Assembly: GCA_964458565.1 (NCBI GenBank)
Contig: CAYWJO010000005.1
Coordinates: 20,375 to 84,374 of the forward strand
Source: an uncultured archaeon
Lineage (GTDB): Archaea; Asgardarchaeota; Thorarchaeia; Thorarchaeales; Thorarchaeaceae
Reading direction: 5' to 3'
Length of the DNA: 64,000 bases
Shown: in pieces, positions 57,172 through 64,000 of the stretch
Layout: every line of letters starts with the position of its first letter
How positions within the stretch are numbered: position 1 is the first letter of the stretch
Translations under genes and position numbers: made by a program
The notes under the pieces: model-generated
The model's database searches: none
What the model saw: only the letters and a program-made list of their open reading frames with translations
What the model was told of the DNA's origin: nothing

Positions 57172-58851
57172 CTACTTGTCAGTTCTTCTTTTCTTATAGT
57201 CAACTGCTGCCCTTATTAGTCCCATATAAAGTGGATGCGGTTGACCTGGACGTGACTTGAATTCCGGGTGGTATTGCACTCCAATCCAGAATGGATGATT
57301 AATTATTTCTATAGCATTGATAATCTTTCCAGTATCATCATATGCTGAAACTATCAACCCTTTCTCTTTCATTCTGTGGATGTATCTATCAATGAGATGA
57401 TATCTATGACGAAATCTCTCTCGAATCGAATCCATGTTGTATAGTTTCTGCAGCAATGTTCCTTCAACAAATCTGACAACATGACCACCAAGTCTCATTG
57501 TTCCTCCTTTATCCTCAGTCTGCTTTTGTTCATCCATTAGATCTACAACTGGATATAGACTTTTCTCATCAACTTCTGTAGTGTGGGCTCCTTCCCAACC
57601 CATGATTTTCCTAGCAAAAGCCACAGTCCCAAGTTGTGCACCATAACAAATACCTAGAAATGGTATATTAGATTCAAATGTCACAGTTGCTGCATTAATC
57701 ATACCTTCAACCCCTCTCTCACCAAAACCAGGTGTTAGCAATACCCCTTCCACATCATCCAAATCCTCTCTCAAACAATCGATATCACATCTCTCTTCTG
57801 TTTCTATCCACTTGAATTTCACTCCGACTCCACCAACTGCAGCAGCATGAGCAAGAGACTCATTGATGCTCTTGTAAGAATCACTAAGTGTTGTATACTT
57901 ACCTGGCATCGCAATAGTTATTGATTCAGCTGAATCATGGAATTTCTCAACAATATCTTCCCATTCTTTTGTTTGCGGAATTCCTTGTTCAAATCCAAAA
58001 TGATCTACAATGATATCTCCAAGTCCTTGTTGTTCAAAGGATAATGGTAATTTGTATATCACCTTAATATCCGGATTTGAAATCACTCTTTGCTTTGGAA
58101 CATTACAGAATAAGGCTATCTTTTCTCTTGCGGACTCATTTAATTGGCTTTCTGCTCTACATACTATAATGTCAGGTTGTAATCCCAATCCCTGTAAGGT
58201 TCGAACACTGTGTTGTGTGGGTTTAGTCTTGAATTCTCCAACAGATTTCATATATGGTACCAAGGTTACATGTACAAATGCTACTCTATTATGTCCTAAT
58301 TCACTAGCTAGTTGTCTTACTGCTTCTTGAAAAGGCATAGCTTCGATATCACCAACAGTTCCTCCAATTTCTACAAGTAATACGTCAGGAACCGGGGGTT
58401 TGTTAACCACATCCCATATTCGTTTCTTTATCTGATCTGTAACATGTGGAATGATTTGTACAGTTCTTCCTAGAAATGTCCCTTTTCTTTCTCCTAGGAT
58501 GACAGAAACATAAATTTGTCCTGATGTGATATTTTGAGAAGGATGCACATCCATCCCTGTAAATCTCTCGTAAGTGCCAAAGTCCTGATCAATTTCAGAT
58601 ATTCTAAACTTGAAAGCACTTCCTGGTTCAAATGCCCAAGTCTGGTCCGTGACAAAGACTTCACCATGTTCAACAGGATTCAGGGTACCAGGATCAATAT
58701 TCAGATAAGGGTCAATTTTGACAATTCTTATACTCATTCCTCTGAATTGGAAAAGTTTTGCAATAGATGCAGTTGTAGCTCCCTTTCCAATACCAGAGAG
58801 GACACCACCTGTTACAAAAACAAATCGAGTTTTGTTTTGGTCTTGGGTCAA
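57172..58851 (-). CDS. pyrG: CTP synthase
   Basis: TGGVLSGIGKG, DPYLNIDPGT, KTKPTQHSV, GICYG and QYHPEF. Confidence 0.97.
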   Translation of the reverse strand: MTQDQNKTRFVFVTGGVLSGIGKGATTASIAKLFQFRGMSIRIVKIDPYLNIDPGTLNPVEHGEVFVTDQTWAFEPGSAFKFRISEIDQDFGTYERFTGMDVHPSQNITSGQIYVSVILGERKGTFLGRTVQIIPHVTDQIKKRIWDVVNKPPVPDVLLVEIGGTVGDIEAMPFQEAVRQLASELGHNRVAFVHVTLVPYMKSVGEFKTKPTQHSVRTLQGLGLQPDIIVCRAESQLNESAREKIALFCNVPKQRVISNPDIKVIYKLPLSFEQQGLGDIIVDHFGFEQGIPQTKEWEDIVEKFHDSAESITIAMPGKYTTLSDSYKSINESLAHAAAVGGVGVKFKWIETEERCDIDCLREDLDDVEGVLLTPGFGERGVEGMINAATVTFESNIPFLGICYGAQLGTVAFARKIMGWEGAHTTEVDEKSLYPVVDLMDEQKQTEDKGGTMRLGGHVVRFVEGTLLQKLYNMDSIRERFRHRYHLIDRYIHRMKEKGLIVSAYDDTGKIINAIEIINHPFWIGVQYHPEFKSRPGQPHPLYMGLIRAAVDYKKRRTDK

Positions 58852-58948
58852 ATAACAAGCCTCTTACCTGAATTCTTTTTGCTTAATATATTTGGGCGAA
58901 AACAGTGAACCGTATAAAGAGTTTGTTCCAACTTTGAATTATATATAA

Positions 58949-59530
58949 CTATGATACGGGTTTTGCCAAGACTGCACTTTTCAATGCATTTTCAAACAGG
59001 TATTGAAAAGCTTCTAATACATTAAAACCGTCTTTCGCTATACTTCTGAAAACAGGAATAGATGTTGGTAGATTTAGGTAGGACCTGATTTGATTTTCCT
59101 GTACTGCACTTTCTAGATCTTGCTTATTTAAACAGATAACTATTGGTAGTAACCTGTCTTGTTCCGAAATCATTGACATCAATTCATTCCAACTAGCTAG
59201 ATTCTCATCAAGAAGTGTTTCCTGCGAATCAACCATAAAAACAACTCCATCAGCACCTACAAGGACAACTTCTCTTGTTGATCTGTAAAAATCTTGACCT
59301 GTGGCAGACCAGACATGAGCATTGATAGTCCATCCATTTCCAAGATCGAATGGTATCGTTCCAAAATCACAGAACATAGTACGTCCTACAGTGTTTTCAA
59401 TTGAAGTCAACTTGTCTGCGTAATCAAGACTTGAGAAGAGCCAGCGGATTGCAGTTGTTTTACCACTCATTGCTGGTCCAAAGAAGACTATCTTCAATCC
59501 CAAAGTTCTACTACCATAATCAATTATCAT
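58949..59530 (-). CDS. MglA-like small GTPase
   Basis: GPAMSGKTT, GRTMFCDF, ATGQ, NKQDL and SIA motifs. Confidence 0.88.
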   Translation of the reverse strand: MIIDYGSRTLGLKIVFFGPAMSGKTTAIRWLFSSLDYADKLTSIENTVGRTMFCDFGTIPFDLGNGWTINAHVWSATGQDFYRSTREVVLVGADGVVFMVDSQETLLDENLASWNELMSMISEQDRLLPIVICLNKQDLESAVQENQIRSYLNLPTSIPVFRSIAKDGFNVLEAFQYLFENALKSAVLAKPVS

Positions 59531-59531
59531 T

Positions 59532-60452
59532 TTAACTACCCCACATACTATCTACCCAGGCTCCAAGTCCTGATAGGGTACCTCCCTTTACACAATCTGA
59601 GAAATCTTCATGCCATTCTGCCATGATAAAACGAATCAAATCGGAAAGCTCACCACCCTCCCAACCAATCGCTTCATAGAGATTTCTCTCCGTTAATGAT
59701 GTTGGTGCACCTAATTCCCTAGCAAGTCTTATTCTAGATAAGAGCATTACAGCTCTTCTGGCTGCATGAACATAGCTGCTTATTTCTTCGTCAAATACAT
59801 CCTGTGTCAACTTGACAGATTCATCATCCAATTCTAATACAGCGTTGATAATTTGTTCCGATACATTAACGCCTCTTAATGACTTTCGCAGAAGTCTTTT
59901 GATACGTTCCAAAGACTGTCGTTTTCTAGTAATGATTTTGGTTACAATCTTCTTCTCCAAGTCAAAGTTGGACGGGCTTGGTCTCATTAAGCTGAAGTTC
60001 ATCACTGAAGGCGAATTCACTCTAAGAACTCCACAACTTTCTGAGCTAGATAATATCTTATTCAATATCCCTTGAAGATCCTCTTCTGTGACTTTGATAC
60101 CAAGAATTCTGCTTTCCAGAGGAATTGATTGAATCCATGCCGAGAAATTAGTTATCCGATCAAGAGCGAGTCTGAGGTTTGATGAGAGTCCACAAACAAT
60201 AGTTCGATGCACTTCATAGTCATGTTTCTCTTCTTCCCAAACCGAAAACAACTCTTCCTGCGATGTAAAATCTCTCCAAAATACAAGTTTGTGTCGATGA
60301 GGACAAAGAAGTGTAAGACTCTCAGTCATATCATCAATCAATTCTACATCTTCACCAACTACAAAAATGGGTATCCTTCCTAAAATCGAATTGAGTAGTA
60401 ATGGGAAATCATCACCCATCAACTCAATCATTGCTAGTATTGAATAAGTCAT
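59532..60452 (-). CDS. Hypothetical protein with a possible DENN-like core
   Basis: LLLNSILGRIPIFVVG...TESLTLLCP pattern; lies between roadblock and GTPase genes. Confidence 0.45.
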   Translation of the reverse strand: MTYSILAMIELMGDDFPLLLNSILGRIPIFVVGEDVELIDDMTESLTLLCPHRHKLVFWRDFTSQEELFSVWEEEKHDYEVHRTIVCGLSSNLRLALDRITNFSAWIQSIPLESRILGIKVTEEDLQGILNKILSSSESCGVLRVNSPSVMNFSLMRPSPSNFDLEKKIVTKIITRKRQSLERIKRLLRKSLRGVNVSEQIINAVLELDDESVKLTQDVFDEEISSYVHAARRAVMLLSRIRLARELGAPTSLTERNLYEAIGWEGGELSDLIRFIMAEWHEDFSDCVKGGTLSGLGAWVDSMWGS

Positions 60453-61396
60453 GGCTCTCGCCTCGCTAGAAGAAGACTACCATCTGCTGCACCCGCAAGC
60501 AATAGCTCCTTTAGATCGTCTGGAACTGCAGATTTAACAAGTGAAGCAGATTCCAAAACTCTTCTTATTTCACTGATATAATGTTTGAGTAGGAGTCTCA
60601 TGAGACCTAGTTTTTGACTATTACGATCAACCCAGAGGCTGAATACTCCGTTTGGCACAGCATAAATGAAATGACGATTACTTCCTGTTTCACAAAGAAC
60701 AGTTTGAAGTGCACTATTTCTCAATGTTCTGACAACTCTTTCCGAAGCATCATGAAGTGCAAAAGACATAGCAGCAAGTCTATCATTTGTGAATCTCTCT
60801 AATGAAACACGAACTCCTCCACTAAGCGAAAGGAATACAGAATGAATATTTGGAATACTATCATGTATCTGACGAAGTAAGGCTCTAAGAGTGAGTGCTT
60901 GAGACCGGTCAAGTGATATCAGAGATCTTGTTACAGAATATTTTTTCCCTTGGCCTTCCGATACCGCAAAGCCTTCTAAGACCTGCTGTGTTTCATGCAT
61001 ACTGTATGAACGAAGGGGAGGAAGTCGACCATCTATGTGCTGCCTGAGAAGATAAACAAGGCGTGACAGACTATCTTTCATTTCAATAAACAAGGCTGCC
61101 AGATTTACCCTCGGTGCTGTGGTCACTGTCAGAAAGTAATCTTGGTCATTTGGAAGGGCAGCAAGAAACACCTTCGAAGTTTCAGATTCCATAAGGAGGT
61201 ATTTGAAATCGTTATGTATCAACTTTGCAACACCAAAAATAGCACAAGTAGATGACGCAACTGCAAACACTTCCTCTTTACTGAACCATACCCCCGCACT
61301 TGCAACGGGAAGTCCATCTTTTTGTATCAAGACTACATTTTCAACACCTGCAATCATCTTGATACTCTGCAGTGTTTCATTCAATTCTTCTGTCAC
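60449..61396 (-). CDS. Tandem roadblock/LC7 (MglB-like) domain protein
   Basis: GVENVVLIQKDGLPVAS...VNLAALF and a second unit NIHSVFLSLSGG...RLAAMS...KLGLMRL. Confidence 0.82.
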   Translation of the reverse strand: MTEELNETLQSIKMIAGVENVVLIQKDGLPVASAGVWFSKEEVFAVASSTCAIFGVAKLIHNDFKYLLMESETSKVFLAALPNDQDYFLTVTTAPRVNLAALFIEMKDSLSRLVYLLRQHIDGRLPPLRSYSMHETQQVLEGFAVSEGQGKKYSVTRSLISLDRSQALTLRALLRQIHDSIPNIHSVFLSLSGGVRVSLERFTNDRLAAMSFALHDASERVVRTLRNSALQTVLCETGSNRHFIYAVPNGVFSLWVDRNSQKLGLMRLLLKHYISEIRRVLESASLVKSAVPDDLKELLLAGAADGSLLLARREP

Positions 61397-61511
61397 TTTT
61401 CAGCCTCATGGATAATATGGTAAATCCAAGATACTGTCTAAGAAGATGCTATTTAATCTCCACACAGTTTATCAAACACCACATACACGAAACTAAGAAC
61501 ACACAAACAGA

Positions 61512-62825
61512 TTACATATGAATTAACGCTGCATCAGGAGCCTCTTGAAATATCTCTCGAGCTGCACGACCTACTTTAACTCTGAATCTATCAGATGTAT
61601 ATACCCGAATCACATCAAAATAACCTCTCATCATATTGGCAATATTCGAGTAGTCTGATAGATTATGAGAAACTTTTTTCCCTTCAATTATTTCGAATAC
61701 TCTAATCTCCATTGGTTTGACCTGATAGGGATTGTAGGGTACGGACGGAAGGGTTGGCACATCCACTATTACCTCCTCCGATGCAATACCCACAGTTTCA
61801 GCTATTTCAATTTGAATACTCTCTCTAACTTTTTTCTTGGTAAGAATCTTAGAAACAAACCTATCTTCGGTATGCAAGACTTTCTCAAATGCTGATTTGT
61901 AGAGAACTCTACTATCTAATAGATTAACAATACGTACTGCTTCTTTTGCCTCTTCGGACTCAGTTCGGTCAATTTGCCTTATTTGCGAAATCAATGAAAC
62001 ATCATCTAAGACTAGAAACTCATCCGGAGTGGAAAAGCTAGTAAGATTCAAGGTTTTATCTGCAGCATGCATTAGGTTTACGAGCATTACTTCGACACTT
62101 CTAACAGCTTTGTGATAATACACATTCAAAAACATCTCATATCTTGCAACTAGAAAAGCTTCAAGAGCCCCTCTTGCTGCTAAATCAAATTCAAGAGTTT
62201 TTTCCTTAGATACATCCAAACTCCGTATCAATCGATGTATATCGACAAGTCCGTAGTTTACACCACAATAGAAAGAGTCCCGAATGAGATAATCCATCTT
62301 ATCAGCATCTACCTGTCCGGCTACTATCCCACTTATTACCCCATCAAAATTCTTTACTCGACGCCCCCGTACCAGATCAGCAATCCGCTTTTTTGATATC
62401 CCTCCTTTCTCCATTATATCTCCTACTGCACTCTTCTTTATCATCCACTCTGTAACATCTTCATGATTCATACCACGATTCTCAATCAAAGCTTCTTCAA
62501 AGACATGACTGAATGGACCGTGACCTAAATCATGTAACAATCCTGCAATTCGTATGTCCTGTAATACATCATCTCCGAGTCCTAAAAGTGGCAAAAGCCT
62601 ACTTCCAGTGAGACCGGCTAGATACATTGCACCAATACAATGACCGAATCTAGTATGCTCAGCTGTTGGATAAACAAAATGTCCTCCTGAGAGTTGTTTG
62701 ATTCTACGTAGTCTCTGATATGGCTCAGAATCTATAATCCCCTTTTCAACTTCAGTCAATCCAATTAACCCATGAATGGGATCATTAATTTCCATTATGA
62801 AATCCAAATTACCACCTACTGTCAT
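61512..62825 (-). CDS. HD-domain dNTP triphosphohydrolase (SAMHD1/Dgt-like)
   Basis: DPIHG, QRLRRIKQL, HTRFGH, LLHDLGHGPFSH, DADKMDYL.RD and VYYHK. Confidence 0.93.
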   Translation of the reverse strand: MTVGGNLDFIMEINDPIHGLIGLTEVEKGIIDSEPYQRLRRIKQLSGGHFVYPTAEHTRFGHCIGAMYLAGLTGSRLLPLLGLGDDVLQDIRIAGLLHDLGHGPFSHVFEEALIENRGMNHEDVTEWMIKKSAVGDIMEKGGISKKRIADLVRGRRVKNFDGVISGIVAGQVDADKMDYLIRDSFYCGVNYGLVDIHRLIRSLDVSKEKTLEFDLAARGALEAFLVARYEMFLNVYYHKAVRSVEVMLVNLMHAADKTLNLTSFSTPDEFLVLDDVSLISQIRQIDRTESEEAKEAVRIVNLLDSRVLYKSAFEKVLHTEDRFVSKILTKKKVRESIQIEIAETVGIASEEVIVDVPTLPSVPYNPYQVKPMEIRVFEIIEGKKVSHNLSDYSNIANMMRGYFDVIRVYTSDRFRVKVGRAAREIFQEAPDAALIHM

Positions 62826-63565
62826 ATCTTAGGGTCAAACTGTCTTATCTCACGAATCATCACTTCTGCTGAACTAATTTGTGAAACACACAATGGAAGA
62901 TGAATACTATCAGCAATTTTAACTGCCAAGGGGTCCAACTCTTTCACACCCTGAAGAATCACGACTGCCGGTTTTACTGCAACAGAGGTTCCCATCTGAC
63001 TAGCTTTTATTGCTACCATCGGTGATCGACCTGTAGACACATTTGTGAGTATTGCAGCTCTTTGTGTTGTACCACCATAGAGCCGTAACAATTGTTGTGG
63101 TGTAAGATTCACTATTGCTTTCACACTATCTAAAACAGTATATCCATATATGTCACGTTCAAGCAGACTCTTATGAGTCAACACCTTACAATTCAGTTTT
63201 TCTACTAGTACTCTTGCGGGAACAGGAACTCCAAACTCCCTACTGTCGAGTATAGCTTCGGACCCAATTTCCGGAGATATTAGCTTTTCAAGAGCCATGA
63301 CAACACGACTGCCACTGGCCGCATCCATGTCTATTAATCCCTCAACAAATCGTTTGATTGTATCAACACGTGGAGATTTACGTCTTCCACTTTCGTAATC
63401 ACTTATTACAGAGGGAGATACATCCAGATGGTTTGCAAGAGTCTTTTGAGATATTTGAAATCTTTTCCGCCATCTCTTCATTACTCTACCCGGATCGTTT
63501 TCTGCTAAACAAATTTCGCCGGCCATTGTTTCAGCAAGCCGTTGAAGCGACTCACTCCAATCCAT
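62822..63565 (-). CDS. XRE-HTH archaeal transcriptional regulator (COG1709-like)
   Basis: AGEI, SPSVISDYESGRRKSP, YGYTVLDS and NVSTGRSPMVA. Confidence 0.88.
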   Translation of the reverse strand: MDWSESLQRLAETMAGEICLAENDPGRVMKRWRKRFQISQKTLANHLDVSPSVISDYESGRRKSPRVDTIKRFVEGLIDMDAASGSRVVMALEKLISPEIGSEAILDSREFGVPVPARVLVEKLNCKVLTHKSLLERDIYGYTVLDSVKAIVNLTPQQLLRLYGGTTQRAAILTNVSTGRSPMVAIKASQMGTSVAVKPAVVILQGVKELDPLAVKIADSIHLPLCVSQISSAEVMIREIRQFDPKI

Positions 63566-63726
63566 GAATATCATCTCGTGTCTGTAACAGATAAGACTTG
63601 CGTAAAAGTCGATATAGATTACGTCAAATACCAACTAAAACAGAGCCAATGATTCACGGATTCATCTGATATATCTACCGAAGGACTCAAAGAGATAATT
63701 GTTTACCAACACCTCAGGTTAATGAT

Positions 63727-64000
63727 ATGTTCTTCATTTTTATCGTTGGCATGGCCGGATCCGGAAAATCTCTCTTGACTGCATCACTTGAGAAGTGGTT
63801 AGTAGGATCTAATATGAGTGTTTCAGTTGTAAATATCGACCCCGGAGTTGAGAGCCCACCTTATACAAGTGATGTTGATATAAGAGAGTATGTAGACTAT
63901 GGTGAAATAATGAAACAATATGGCCTTGGACCAAATGGCGCTCTTGTTGCTTCACTTGATATGGCACTAAACTATGTTACTGATATTCGAGAAGAAATCG
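63727..64000 (+). CDS. GPN-loop GTPase (partial)
   Basis: Manual translation: MFFIFIVGMAGSGKS...VNIDPG...YGLGPNGAL. Confidence 0.9.
   Translation, partial: MFFIFIVGMAGSGKSLLTASLEKWLVGSNMSVSVVNIDPGVESPPYTSDVDIREYVDYGEIMKQYGLGPNGALVASLDMALNYVTDIREEI

Overview
A 64-kb chromosomal window from an archaeon, most likely an Asgard archaeon (Thorarchaeia-like, inferred from gatDE, pan, tfe, aMBF1, NAC, Rpo8, a GPN GTPase, and a small GTPase beside roadblock proteins). Most genes are housekeeping, and all tRNA genes carry BHB introns. Three signals stand out. (1) A 9-bp palindrome, TGTAWTACA, occurs at least 12 times within 11.4 kb (18060-29434), in intergenic, convergent and coding positions. It brackets an operon of a non-ParA AAA+ ATPase and a ribbon-helix-helix protein, and ends beside an ORB-containing origin. 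This is a candidate undescribed centromere-like partition system. (2) A cdc6-free origin-like region at 30.6-31.0 kb and a second ORB at 35.0 kb each have their own repeats and a small adjacent gene, near an apparent GC-skew switch. (3) A tRNA-Thr(UGU) gene is split into halves 3.1 kb apart with a 5-bp duplication, and the insert carries a tandem-HNH gene plus an intact tRNA-Thr(UGU) with the same promoter. All calls come from manual reading and motif recognition; no database searches were run.
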